Assembly: GCF_006345805.1 (NCBI RefSeq)
Contig: NC_042997.1
Coordinates: 41,664,001 to 41,728,000 of the forward strand
Length of the DNA stretch: 64,000 nucleotides
Reading direction: 5' to 3'
DNA from: Octopus sinensis
Taxonomy: Eukaryota
The translations under genes were made by a program, and so were the position numbers. Under the pieces are notes generated by a model. It was given only the letters and a program-made list of their open reading frames with translations. It did not search any database and was not told the DNA's origin. Shown piece after piece: positions 27,131 through 47,247 of the stretch (positions are counted from its first letter, which is position 1; every line of letters starts with the position of its first letter).

Positions 27131-27283
27131 GGAAAGTGGTTAGTTTGGTTTGAAAACCCCACTAGAATGGGAGAAAGCGCTAATACATGATCTAAGTTAT
27201 ATGACGTATAAAAACATGTAATATACAAATAAATATCTGTAAATATAAAATCATCCGAATTTCTGAGTACCTCATTTCTTCTA

Positions 27284-27389
<106 letters not shown>

Positions 27390-27473
27390 TAAACAATTGC
27401 AGCGTGGAAGGTGTTTATACGCCATTTAAGAAACACAAAACCGTTAGATTCACTTCAACATTTAAATTTTATC

Positions 27474-27520
27474 TGTCAAAATATTTTCGTCACTTTGAAA
27501 CCATAACCTGTTCACTGACA
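27474..27520 (-). ncRNA. Minimal type I hammerhead ribozyme motif, G3-C8 core variant
   Basis: TGTCA GTGAACA G GTTAT-ggtttcaaa-GTGAC GAAA ATAT T T TGACA. Stem I is a perfect 5 bp; stem III is the palindrome AATATT. Confidence 0.7.
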
Positions 27521-27599
27521 AAATTCCGTGCTGCATGCGTTTCTTTAATGTTGTTCACAGGGATGATAGCATAATGGGCATATTGGGTGCTTGTACAGT

Positions 27600-27750
27600 G
27601 AAGAACATGATATATACAGGTGAGACATCTAGCAGCATTGCGGAGAAACTAAATGGACGTTTCAGACAATGTCACGGCGAAAAATAGTCCTCTATAATCT
27701 ACCAACATGCCAAAGACCAGCATGGAAGCACGCGGGGTCATAATAAATAT
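27600..27750 (+). pseudogene. Possible degraded GIY-YIG (Penelope-type) fragment
   Basis: MIYTGETSSSIAEKLNG...IYQHAK resembles YIGET-x-R-L...H; short and degenerate. Confidence 0.35.
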
Positions 27751-29719
27751 TATTTTACATAAATACGGATGAATTATTATACAGCTAATCTTTCAACTTG
27801 AAAGTAGGAGTGGAACCTATTTTCAGTTATTCTTTCAAACACAATATACCCAGGTAAATTAAATCTTATAGAAATCAATTGGGAACTGTTATTTTATACT
27901 CACCACTTTGCTCGGATGTAGGCTCTAATAATTGTAAATCTGTTTGTACTCCCTTGTCTTCAAACTTTGGAGACACTGAAATAAACATTTACAAGTTTTA
28001 CATTTAATAGTAGAATTTCTTTATCTTTATTTTTATTAAATTCTATCTTGTTAGAATTTTACTTGCTTCTGTTGACCTTTCACAAATAACAGACTGCATT
28101 ATTTGCTTTAAACTGCATTTTTGACCAAGCAATTAATCCATTCAATCTGTCCAGAATTATTTGTATTTCTTTTAGAATGCCATCCGATTCAAGAAATATT
28201 TCAAGACTCTTTAATAAAGCAGCACTTATAAAGGTTAGCAATGATTAGTTCTAAACAGGTGTAACATAAAATGATAACAGGTGTCCTAAAACACTGTACA
28301 CTTGCACAAAACCTTATTAACTACGTATGACTGTTCATGCACACATTATTGCATGAAATACCTCAAATGGTACATAAGAACTGATACTCAAAATTGCTAA
28401 TCTATACAGTAATTAAAGTTTCTCACCCTTTTGATGTCCCATCTATTAATGTGGAGAACCTCAATGGGGGGGAAAGCCCCATTACCAGCAAATTTGAGGA
28501 GACAAGATTAATCCCCTTGCAGAAACTGACAGAACTTGTTTGATGTCATTATTAATATAAGAAGAACATTACAAGGAATATGTAACCCCACTCACATCCC
28601 ACTCCATCACCACTATCTTACCACATTCGTCAGTAACGCTAATTAAGACTAATTAGATAAAAGATATCACTAAAATATTCATATTTTGTTTCATATGGAA
28701 TGGAGCCTGGAATACGAAAATATCTGGACCTTTCTGGACAATAGAGGTCAATAGTCACAATTTGTAGTATGTGGTCCTGTACCCAAGTAAAACAGTATCT
28801 ATTTCGATAGAGGGTAACAAGGAGGAGTATGTTAGGTGAGGGTACAAGATGATGCTATGACAAAATAATGTCGCATTTCAGACATACATGTGTAAGAACT
28901 GTAATGAATGATGGCTCATTACATGGTAATGAGAATATGGAAAGTAGAATAGAACACTTTCTGACATTACGATTCTAGATATCAATATAGACTGTGTATA
29001 ACCTGACTGGAGAACATGTGACCTTCCTCACGAAAAATATGGTTGTGTCTCAGTACAGTTGACATTATGGTAGTTCCGTCAGAAATCAAAAGAAAATGCT
29101 ACCAAGTCCGGTGCTAAATATTAATTATGATTTCTTTTCCTGGTCAAATAACAATGACCAGGTTTCATTATCCAATTTGAACGAAACAATCAAGTCAGAA
29201 CTAAAACCAAAAGCTGCAAAACACAAAACTGCCCCTCTGTTACAATTACTATCATCTAAAAACCAACATGTACAAGTCTAACGATGTATAAATGAATAGT
29301 CAATGTTATTCAAACAATATAGTAAGTGTATATTATTTGGAGTTACGAACAAGAAATTGTGCGTTCGAACCACACTGGGGCCTCATATTTCATTCCTGTC
29401 TTTATATGTTGTGTAAACACCATACTTTTTTAAAAATGTAAACATGTTCACAGTTCAATACTCTAACATTCAGTTAAACAATCAAGTGTAGATATAAACA
29501 AATTTATATTTGTGTGTTTAAGAAGATTCGAATATGTATTGTACAATACTGACAAGAAAGAGTTACTTTCAAAAGCTGCATCGATGTTAAAATAGCAGAA
29601 GATTTTGGTATTATTAGCCTTACATGGCAGAAAAAAAACAATATTATTATTTCTAAATCCCTCAAAGATTTCAGTAACAGTTCTTTAAAGTAAAGGCTAT
29701 TTGCCAACATAATGTGGCC

Positions 29720-36290
<6,571 letters not shown>

Positions 36291-36446
36291 ATTTATATAT
36301 ATATATATACATTCTAATTGTTTTAGGCATTTGAATGCGGCAATGCTGGGGCATCAACTTGAATTTTTAGTCAACTGTATTGATCCCAGTACTTTTATTA
36401 TTTTAAGCGTATCACTTATCCTCTCAGCCTCTTTACTGAATCACTA

Positions 36447-36503
<57 letters not shown>

Positions 36504-36715
36504 CTAACACACACACATAGACACACACCTGTTATGAAGCTTCTTTCAGTTTTCATTTGCCAAATCCACAAACAACATTTTGTTCAGCCCCAGGTAAGAG
36601 TGGAATTTACTTGCCTGAGTTTCCATGCAGAGGGATTCAACGTGGAACCATGTATGGCTGGGAAAAAAGCTCCTAACACTACAACCTTGTATATATGGAT
36701 GTGCATGTATCTATT

Positions 36716-36882
<167 letters not shown>

Positions 36883-36918
36883 GTCTATCTATCTGTCTGT
36901 CTATCTATCTATCTGTCT

Positions 36919-38135
36919 ATATATTAGAAATCGCCGTGTACAAAAATGACAATTGGGGTGGTAAATCGATAGAAGTTACCATCCAGATTGATGGGTCCTC
37001 TATCGAGAACCTACCTGATAAGATTCTTTTAGAGAATGGGCAAAGCCTATATGTTGTAGCAGAAGGCAAAAAGCCAAGATGCTACAACTGTGGCAGCCCA
37101 GAACATTTAATTGCAAAGTGCGTTCTGGGACAGAAAAAACAAGAAAGAACAAATCAGAAAACATATAAAAAACCTTTGTTGCCAACACCGACACCAACAC
37201 ACTCAATTATGGAACAATGCCAAGAAAAACAACAAACCAGCAAACAAACCCCAACAACATCACCAAGAAAAGAAACAGCACCAACACAATCACCGTTGAC
37301 GTCGCAACCAATTCAAGATACTGAACCAACACCAAAAGATAGATCAACACCAGCACCAAGGACGACAACTAAAAAAACAGAAAACAGTGACGAGAAGACA
37401 AATTCTACCCCTAACACCACAACAACACAAACACCGCACAAAACATCAACAATTTCTACAAACATACATATTAACGCAAATGCTTTGCCTTTATCCCCTT
37501 CTGATTCGTCGGACTCGTCGTCCAACGACGAAAGTTCGACGGAATGGCAAATAGCCATAGTGGGTAAAAGGAAAAGATAAAAAAAGCCCACCAAACAAGT
37601 AAGTAAAGCAGGGAGATATTTGACTCCGGACAGCATCCCCTTAGACAATCAAAAAATCAATGACCCCGCAAAACCACAGACACAACTAACAGCAATAGAC
37701 ACAGACAATAAAAAACTAATGGATTACATTGCATCCAACACGAACATCTGTGAAGATGACTTTAAGACAAATAATCATCCGCGCACCACACCACCGAAAC
37801 ACATAAGAATACGTTCAGAGTTCAAATCCTGCCAAGGTCAACTTCTTCCATCCTTTCAAGGTTGATAAAATACAATACCAGTCATGTACTGGGATTCATA
37901 TGATTATCTGTAGCCCTTCTTTCCTTCCTAAATTACATGTTTATATAAGCTGTCAGAGTTATTAGCAGTATTTTTCCTGTCTTTACATTTCTGGGTGTAC
38001 TCAGGTGTGTATATATCATTGTTCTACTGTGTAGTGTGTATTGAATAAATATGTGTGTGTGTGAGTATGTGTATAATAATTGCTGTAATTAAGTTATTGT
38101 GACCTAATTACATTTGTTTTCTTTAATGACCTAAT
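36919..38135 (+). repeat. Composite inverted duplication of neighbouring DNA
   Basis: 36919-37810 is the reverse complement of 35355-36247; 37810-38135 is the reverse complement of 38554-38879. Confidence 0.92.
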
Positions 38136-38136
38136 T

Positions 38137-38169
<33 letters not shown>

Positions 38170-40074
38170 ACATGATATCTGTTATATTTTGGTTCATCTC
38201 ATTATGACCTTGTTTCATTTGACCATTAAAGGTATTATTATCAGTGGTGGAGGTCAGTTGGACTGTCCACACCGCTAATATCATCATCAACATGATCAAT
38301 ATATAATTCCTCCACAAACATAACGGTTTTGTAGTACATGTGATTAAATCTATCCCCATTATTTTACTGGTACCTTGATAATATTTATATTATACAGATC
38401 AATAAAATGCTGGAGAGTGTATATAATATGTATTTATTAACTAACCTGGTTCAGCATCACAGACACCAATTTATCGTTTCGCCTGAAAGTAATAGATGAG
38501 GAAAGAAAAACATGAAAAAAAAAACAAACATCACACAGCTTGAGATAATAGTTATTAGGTCATTAAAGAAAACAAATGTAATTAGGTCACAATAATTTAA
38601 TTACAGCAATTATTATACACATACTCACACACACACATATTTATTCAATACACACTACACAGTAGAACAATGATATATACACACCTGAGTAAACCCAGAA
38701 ATGTAAAGACAGGAAAAATACTGCTAATAACTCTGACAGCTTATATAAACATGTAATTTAGGAAGGAAAGAAGGGCTACAGATAATCATATGAATCCCAG
38801 TACATGACTGGTATTGTATTTTATCAACCTTGAAAGGATGGAAGAAGTTGACCTTGGCAGGATTTGAACTCTGAACGTAAAGAGTCGTAAATAAAATAAC
38901 ACAATTTATTTTCTATAAAGGTAATAAGAAACAAGAACAGGAGAAAACAGGGAAGACAGTTTTTCAAAGGAACCTCAGGGTATTACTGGTACAGATTATG
39001 TTGACCCCAGAGTGATAGTAAATATTCTGGTAGGATTTGAACATGGAACATAAAAGAGACAAATGTAAATACTGTAAGGAGATGATTCTGAGTTCATCCC
39101 AGGGTCGGAGTAAGTAGAGAAACTACAAAGGAAAGGGAATGAGGAAGAAAGGGAGAGAGAGACAGACAGAGAGAGAAAGTATTTCTTGATGGGTTGAAAG
39201 GAAGAAGAGAGAGGATTTGAACCTGTGACGTTGAAGAAATGGAGAACGAGATGAAGTAAAGTGTCCAGTCAGGCAACAACAATAACAATTATGGTGATGA
39301 TTAATTAATGAAGCAGATTGCATTGTTATTTCAGTGCGAAAGAAAGAAGAAAGACAATGACCCCATGGTGGGATTATGACATGAATGACTCAATGAAAAA
39401 GAAACAAACATTATTAAAAACATAAAAGAAACAGATTTGGATATTCCATGCTGGAGCACTGCCGTTAGTCTAGCTGAACTGCCACATGCAGTGGTGTGTC
39501 TCCATCGTTGTCCACCACATTGGCATCAGTGCCATTGTGACCCAACAACAGGCCGACTGTGTGCAAGTGTCCCCAGAAACAGGCCTGGAAAAGAAAAGAA
39601 TAAAAACATTAAAAATGGTGTCTGAAAGGGGGAGTCGGGTGATAAAGAATGAAAAGAAAAACTCACAAAAAAAGAGAAGAGAAGGAATGAAATTAATTAA
39701 ACAGGTGGAATGATTGGGGTGGAGAGTAGTTAGTTGAGATTTCTATTGTATTTATACACACGTGTATACACACATACATATCTACATATAAATATATATA
39801 TATATATATATATACATCCACAAACACATATATATAGGATGAATAACTCAATAAATAAACTCATAGAGCAGCAAAATGTGTGTGTGTATGAGTGTGTTCA
39901 TGTGTGTGTGTGTGTGATCATAGTAACATTTATTCCTTTATTCTTTCATTTGTTTCAGTAATGTGACTGGCCATGCTGGAGCACTGCCGTTAGTCTAGCA
40001 AATCGACCCCTGGAAGCATAGTACTTATTTTATCGATTCTTTTGCAGAACCGCTAGGTTATGGGGGACGTAAAC

Positions 40075-40412
40075 ATATATGTATCAAATGAAGTAAATGA
40101 AAAACAGGACGTAAAGGATTTTGCGGTACATATGTTTCGGGCTTTATTGAACAACTTATTCTTATATCAAGCATAATTGATATAACAGATAGATCAAAAG
40201 CTTTCTTCAGCCACGTACAATTTCCACACCCTGTTATAATGTGATACATGTCTTTCGTGTGGTAATTGTACGCGGCTGAAGAAAGCTTTTGATCTATCTG
40301 TTATATCAATTAAGCATTGATATAAGAATAAGTTGTTCAATAAAGCCCGAAACATATGTACCGCAAAATCCTTTGCGTCCTGTTTTTCATTTACTTCATT
40401 TCATACATATAT
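40075..40412. repeat. Fold-back (arms ~155 bp, 27-bp spacer) with an HHR in each arm
   Basis: HHR on plus strand 40272-40364 and minus strand 40123-40214; the arms differ at several sites. Confidence 0.9.
40272..40364 (+). ncRNA. Type I hammerhead ribozyme motif with long stem II
   Basis: GCGG CTGAAGA [AAGCTTT...AAAGCCC] GAAA CATATG T A CCGC; the base of stem II has A-C mismatches. Confidence 0.75.
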
Positions 40413-40489
40413 CCTATCACCTATGCCACTAGCTGGCATATACAGGTGCTTACATTTATCAAGTATTCACCCTGAATTTATTGTATATA

Positions 40490-42089
40490 CATTTGCGGCC
40501 GAAATGTTCAGAACGGCATTGTTTTCGTCAGAAAAGTAGATATAAGTTTTTATCAAAGTTGTTTTATATTCTATAATTTTCACAGACAATAAATACGATA
40601 TTAGTTGGTATTGTCTGAGCTTTTGGCGTAATTTGAGAGGATAATACAAAAGTTATAGATGATTTAGTGATTTACTGCAAAACCCATGGCGGCCAAAATG
40701 ATCAGAACGGTTGCTTTTACTCCATGTTTTAGTATATTTAACCTTCGAACTCTAATGTTTTGAATTTGCTTACGTGACAGTTCGTTTACTAAACATTAGT
40801 AAGAATATCTGCAATGTACTTTGTTAATATAATGCCACTTACTCCGTTACCAATTCGTCAGCAGATTATTAAGCTTCAAAAGAAGGATAATTTAAGTATT
40901 AGGTCTATTGCAAAGATTGTTAACAAGTCAAAAAGTGTTGTTCACGGTATTCTTAAGGTCTACGATGACTGTGGTTCGTGTGAATCAAGAAATTCTACAG
41001 GTAGGCCAAGAAAAACGACCAAGAGAGAAGATCGTGCTATGGTAAAGTTGGTTAAAAAGGACAGATTTAAAACTGCTGCTGCTGTTTTTCGGGAAATGAG
41101 CATTGTACTGAAGAAAACTTTATCTCGAAAAACTGTCTCGTCCTTTAGTTGAACATGACCTACAAGCAAGAGCACCTACAGTGAAGCCACTGATCAGCTC
41201 CAAGAATAAAAAGTGTCGCCTTACCTTTGCAACCGAACATGTGTTGTGGTCTCAAGAAAAATGGCAAACGGTGCATTTCAGTGATGAATCTAAGTCTATG
41301 TTATTTTCGTCGAAAAGCAGGTGAAAAATTGTCACCTAAATGCCTTAAGACTAGCGTTAAATTTGGTGGAGGAAGTGTCATGGTTTGGGGGATGATATCT
41401 GGAGATGTTGTGGGCCCTTTGCTGCGATTACATGGAAAGGTAAATGCAGGAGTTTATAAACAACTTGTAAAAGATCATGTCTTGCCTGTGCTGAGAAATT
41501 CAACTAAGCGACCACCCATATTCATGCAGGACAATGCCCCATGTCACAAGGCTAAGGTGGTCATGAACTTCTTCAAGGCTGAAAAGGTTATATTTATGGA
41601 TTGGCCTGCTCAAAGCCCAGACCTCAATCCTATTGAAAATGTGTGGAATATTCTAGGAGAGCGTTTGAAAGCCACAAATCCTAAAACAACCGAGCAATTA
41701 TGGAATGCCCTACAGGAAGAATGGAATAAGATCAACCAGCAAGAAATTGAAAATTTCCCCATGCAGTCAAAAATGTCAAACTTTGATTGAAGCTAAAGGG
41801 CTTCACACTAGATATGAAATAATTCCAGCATTCTCTGTCACTTTTTGATTATTTTGTTATTTGTTCAACCGTTCTGATCATTTTGGCCACCATGGGTTTT
41901 GCAGTAAATCACTATATCGTCCATAACTTTTGTATTATCCGCTCAAATTACACCAAAATCTCAGGCAATACCAACTAATATCGTATTTATTGTCTGTGAA
42001 AATTATAGAATATAAAACAACTTTGATAAAAACTTATATCTACTTTTCTGACGAAAACAATGCCGTTCAGAACATTTTGGCCGCAACTG
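40490..42089 (+). mobile_element. Tc1-family transposon with 224-bp IR/DR-type TIRs (DD34E), defective
   Basis: TIRs 40490-40713 and 41866-42089 with TA flanks and inner/outer GGCC(A/G)AAATG(A/T)TCAGAACGG repeats. FSDES, MQDNAPCH and SPDLNPIE with 34-residue spacing; frameshifts. Confidence 0.95.
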
Positions 42090-42135
42090 TATATGTACGT
42101 ATATATATGTATATACATATATATATATATATATA

Positions 42136-42293
42136 CTTTATTTTAAGCAGCAGAAAATTCAACAAAATCTGTTACTCTGAGTTTCTCGTTGCCGTTCATC
42201 AGACAGTTCTTGCTAGCAAGAACTGTCTGATGAACGGCAACGAGAAACTCAGAGTAACAGATTTTGTTGAATTTTCTGCTGCTTAAAATAAAG
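42136..42293. repeat. Perfect 158-bp palindrome with an HHR in each arm
   Basis: Centre at 42214/42215 (CTTGCT|AGCAAG); HHR on plus strand 42223-42260 and minus strand 42169-42206. Confidence 0.93.
42223..42260 (+). ncRNA. Minimal type I hammerhead ribozyme motif
   Basis: CTGT CTGATGA ACG-gcaa-CGA GAAA CTCAGAG T A ACAG; positions 10.1/11.1 are an A-A mismatch. Confidence 0.75.
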
Positions 42294-42362
42294 CATATTA
42301 CTCTACCACTGGTATTTGAGTACTCTTTTTTCCACCTTGTTTCACATTTATGTGTTTACTCC

Positions 42363-42457
<95 letters not shown>

Positions 42458-43074
42458 CAAGATGTGTGTTTGTAATTTATGTACATCCACAAATTAGCAC
42501 GCATGCCGCTCAAATTTTAGGACATTCGTCACGAGCCTAGCTGTATTTTCGTCAAACTATTTTCCCCCGAGACACCCGCGAATAGCGGTAAATAATTTTG
42601 AGCCATAAATTCTAAATTTTTAAGATGACGAAAGCTACCATTGTTTAGAAAGCAAACATGAGTTAAGTCCCCTCCTAGCGAGTGTGTAAAAAGAGTGGGG
42701 GAGACGGAGAGAGATAGAGAGTGAAAGATTTTTTTAATTTCGTCTTTTTACTGGCAATAACAGACGGGTGTTGTTATGTATGTATGTATGTGTGAATGGC
42801 TTCAGTCACGTATACACACACGCGAGCATGTATACGTAAAAGACACATGTATGCAATGTTTTTGTGTGTGTTGCGCGTATATTTCCAAATTAGCTGAATC
42901 CGTTGTTCTAATCATAGCGATATATAGCTGGTCGTGCGTGAACATGGGAGAGAGCACAGGTTACCAGAGCAAAAGACCTACGAGTTGACTGTAGACACGC
43001 TCCTTCGCAAACGATCAGCTATTATTTTGTAAACAATGTTTCGAGACTGTTCATGTTTTCGAAAGGAGAGGGGT

Positions 43075-43283
43075 CAACCTAAAGCATTTGACCCGGTCAT
43101 AAAAACAAACAAAAAAATAGTGTAATATGTGTAAAACAACTTCCTCTAAACGAATATGACCCAAAAAATGCGCGCTCGAGAAAGGGGGTGGGAGGAGAGG
43201 CCTATGACCTTTTCTTTGATAATATCTTTCTTGCTTATTTAAATTCAGTACAATGCACTCTTGCCTTGAACCAACCATTTCTC

Positions 43284-43315
<32 letters not shown>

Positions 43316-43538
43316 CTTGATAATCATTTAGAACAAGTTGTTTTGCAACTATTACACTATTTTTTTTTGTTTTTGTGCCCGGGTCAGACACGATGTGAAT
43401 TTTCCGAGGCCTCTCCCCCACCCCCTTTCGCGAGCGCACGTTTTTTTGGGTCATATTCGTTTAGAGGAAGTTGTTTTACACCTATTACACTATTTTTTTT
43501 GGTTTGTTTTTATGACCAGGTCAAACACTTTAGTTTGA
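43075..43538. mobile_element. MITE-like element with ~130-bp imperfect terminal inverted repeats
   Basis: 43075-43205 is an approximate reverse complement of 43408-43538; no TSD resolved. Confidence 0.55.
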
Positions 43539-43983
43539 GCAGGAAAGATATGACTTTCACATCTCTGCGGGAGAAGGTCGGCTTCTCTATTCTTGTTACA
43601 AAACTTACTTCCGGGTACCAAATTTGCTTCAATTGATGGTATTACTCGGGTAGGAGGTGGTGGTGGGACAGTGGCAGGGCCGAAGGCGTGCAAAAACACG
43701 TATGCAATAGGTGTATGTACGTATATGTTTGTGTGTGTGTGTTTTGCCCATATATATAAACTTAGTTGTGATCTGAACATAACCGCTTCTTACACAGAGG
43801 TTCAGGAGCCCCTTTTTGGGCGTTCTATTTTCCTTGCTGGAAGGGTTCTCATCCAATGGGCAAAGTGGGGTTACATGAAAAAAAAAGAAAAAACAATCGA
43901 TGAGTGGAAAAAATCGAGAAACCAATTTCTTATGGAACCATGAGGTTTGTAAGCAAGCTACTAACCACACAGCCACTCCTGTA

Positions 43984-44023
<40 letters not shown>

Positions 44024-44637
44024 AAATTCACCTTGTGTACCTGTGTGGTTTAGGCGAATGAAAATTGAACTGCGCTATTTCTGTTCCGAAATTCATCTCA
44101 CGAGTGCAAAAATCGATAATGTGTTTGTTTAGGCCTTATCCCATGCATTGAATAGTGAACTTTAGTCAGTCAGCTGTTTGACGTGAACTGTGTTCACCAC
44201 GCGTGCAAGCATGCGTAAATTGCATGAAAAATAAAAAATCAAGATATAAAAATGAATCGCCGTAAACATTGTAGAAATTCAGCAAAGAAATGAATTTTCG
44301 GGATGTAGCCTGGAGGGTTTTTTCGTATTAATCGTTTGGACTTTGTGAACACATACCAATTGTTTTCATAACATTTTTAGCGCTTTGAATTAAATGTGAA
44401 TTAAATGAGTCTGCAGTTTGAATCACTTTAACCAAATTTTAGCAGGCTGGATTTTTGATCATCACAAATACATCGCCAGCGACTCCCTGAAACTCTACCC
44501 AGAAATCCCCGTTGAGAAATCTATATACATAAAACTCAACTTATGTGTCTGTGTGTGTATCTGTGTGTGTGTCTGTGTGTTTAACTTTTAGATCTACCAA
44601 GTTTCATTATTAAGGATGGAAAGTAGTGTGTAGCAGA

Positions 44638-45025
44638 TCTATATATATAAATCTGAAGTTGTCTGTGTGTGGCAGGTTTGGTAGCCTTCAACTAACACTA
44701 TCTACTTCGAGACCCTGCAGCGCAAGTTGACCAAAATTGAGAGTATGATAGAAGAAGGCTTGCTCTTCATTCTGTAGAAGATAAAATTCAAATCGGACCA
44801 TGTTAACACCAAAAATTATTTACATCAAAAAGGTGCTTTTTTCTATGAAAATCCCTATTTTTTACGATTTTTGACTGCTGTGTCACCATTTTTCGCTGTA
44901 TTTCAACTGGAAAAATGTTCACTTGAAGAGAATAACAAGTTGCATAATGCAAAATTTTTACTTTTCAAAAATTCCAATTCTAAAGGGTCGAAACAAACCC
45001 AAGCAACACCGGGTGATACTGCTAG
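44638..45025 (+). mobile_element. Non-autonomous Helitron
   Basis: A|TCTATATATATAAA start, CCCAAGCAACACCGGG hairpin, CTAG|T end. Confidence 0.8.
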
Positions 45026-45438
45026 TATATATCTCTATCTCTATATATAAAACTGAAATGCGATTTTACCGCTTGGATCACTTTCAATGCCACTACGTCC
45101 CGTCCGATTCGCTCCAAAATTTACAGGGACATGTAGAATGAGGTGACGATGCCCGTGGGCTACCTTAGAAATCTTAAAAGGTGTGGTTGCTACGGGCCAT
45201 CTTCCTCACTCACGCTATTTCCTACATTCCCCTCTCACTCCCCTTCATATATAACTTTGACAATTCCACCCCCGTTATTTAATGTAAAGTTCGTCAGACG
45301 GTGTTCTTTAATGTATCTGTCTGCATTCATAGGGAGAATTATCATCGCCACGCGCCACCACCAACACACAATCATGAAAACAAATATTATGAATCAGATA
45401 TTCATTGCGTTCATTTATATGTGTGTGTGTGTGTGTGT

Positions 45439-45476
<38 letters not shown>

Positions 45477-45751
45477 CGATATATAAATATGTATATATAA
45501 TGTATATATACAAAGTGTATATATCTGTATTTATGTATATTAAACTTTTTAATACTTTTTGATAGTTATATATATTTTAAAACAAATTATAAATATAATT
45601 TAATAATTTTCATTTTAAATTTAAATAATTTAAATTTTTCAATTTTCTATATTTTCTATATTATATTTTTATTTTTATGTTTTTGTTTTTGTTTTTTTAC
45701 TGTTTCATTTGCCTATTAGTGGTTTTATCTCTAATTTAATTTATACATATA

Positions 45752-46147
45752 CTAGCAGTATCGCCCGGCGTTGCTCGGGTTTGTAAGAGAAATAACTATA
45801 TAAGCATTCTTAGAGAGTTATAGCCAAAAAATAGCAAAAGATGCATTAAAAATGGAAAAAAATGAAGGTAAATTTTTTTTTAAATCGTTGACTCATCGTA
45901 GACATTTTTAGAGAGTTACTTCCCTTATGTAATAGCGAAAAAATGCATTAAAATGGAAAAAAATGATGGTAAATTATTTTTAAAATCGTAGACTCATCGT
46001 AGACGCGCGCTAATACCCAGAAGGGCTCGATATGAATCACGACTATAAGATACCAGCTTTTGGTTACACTGCACCGCAAAATGTGGGAGTAGTTAGGAAT
46101 CTAAATCGTAGGAGACAGACACACAACTTGACTTTTATATATAAAGA
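45752..46147 (-). mobile_element. Non-autonomous Helitron
   Basis: Minus strand A|TC...CCCGAGCAACGCCGGG...CTAG|T. Confidence 0.82.
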
Positions 46148-46156
46148 TATATAAGA

Positions 46157-46669
46157 CTAGCAGTATCGCCCGGCGTTGCTCGGGTTTGTAAGGGAAATAA
46201 CTATATAAGCATTTTTAGAGAGTTACTTCCCTTATAGATGCCAATTCGGGCTTTCTTAGCCATTTCTGTTTTGGTGTCTTCAAGCCATGAAGTCGTTGTT
46301 CTAAAAGAACGCTGGTCTCCTTGACAACGCTTTACGACGTTGATTTCCTTACACTCCCTTCCCCACAGCTTCACGAGGGAGGGAAGAAGGGGGAGAAGCA
46401 AACAGGTGCAGGTGTGACCGTGGACGCCAACTCCGCCGCCATCGACACACGAAAAATTATGCATTAAAATGGAATAAAAAATGATGTTAAATTATTTTTA
46501 AAATCGTAGACTCATCGTAGACGCGCGCTAATACTCAGACGGGCTCGATATGAATCACGACTATAAGATACCCGAATTTGGTTAAACTGCAACGCAAAAT
46601 GTGGGAGTAGTTAGGAATCTAAATCGAAGGGGACAGACACTCACACAACTACAGTTTTATATATATAGA
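46157..46669 (-). mobile_element. Non-autonomous Helitron with an extra ~210-bp internal segment
   Basis: Same termini as 45752-46147; segment ~46235-46450 is absent from the neighbouring copy. Confidence 0.82.
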
Positions 46670-46805
46670 TTTGTATATATAATGCGTGCACACTTCTGTT
46701 TATAACTTCGTGAAACGGCCTTCTTTCCTCTCTTCCCATCACTTTTTCACTCACTCTATTTCCTCACAGCGCTTTCACACACTCTCTCTCTCTCTCCCTC
46801 TCTCC

Positions 46806-46862
<57 letters not shown>

Positions 46863-47208
46863 GCGCCGATCGAGCAAATACAAACAGAACACACCAAAGT
46901 GCGTTCGTGTTCTGGTGATAACGTAGGTTTTTCGTATCTATTACATTTTAACATTTATTTAGAACCCTGCAAATTTTTCGTGCTAAATTTTCATTTTTTA
47001 CTACTTTATTATTTTTTCTTAAATTGACGCTTTTATTAAAATTAATTCTAATTGTCTAGGTCAACAGTTCGTTTCCTCGGAGGATATGGAAATTCTTATT
47101 ACCCGTCAGAGAAATAACTCCAACAGCTCACAACTATTTCAACAAAGACAGGGCTACCTGCTTACCTGTCGAATTCAGCGTCAACGCTCACGTATGAGAG
47201 ACACTACA

Positions 47209-47247
<39 letters not shown>

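Noticed and set aside
47060-47125. Minus-strand CTGACGG...GAAA
   Set aside because: A9 is absent and stems I and II do not pair.
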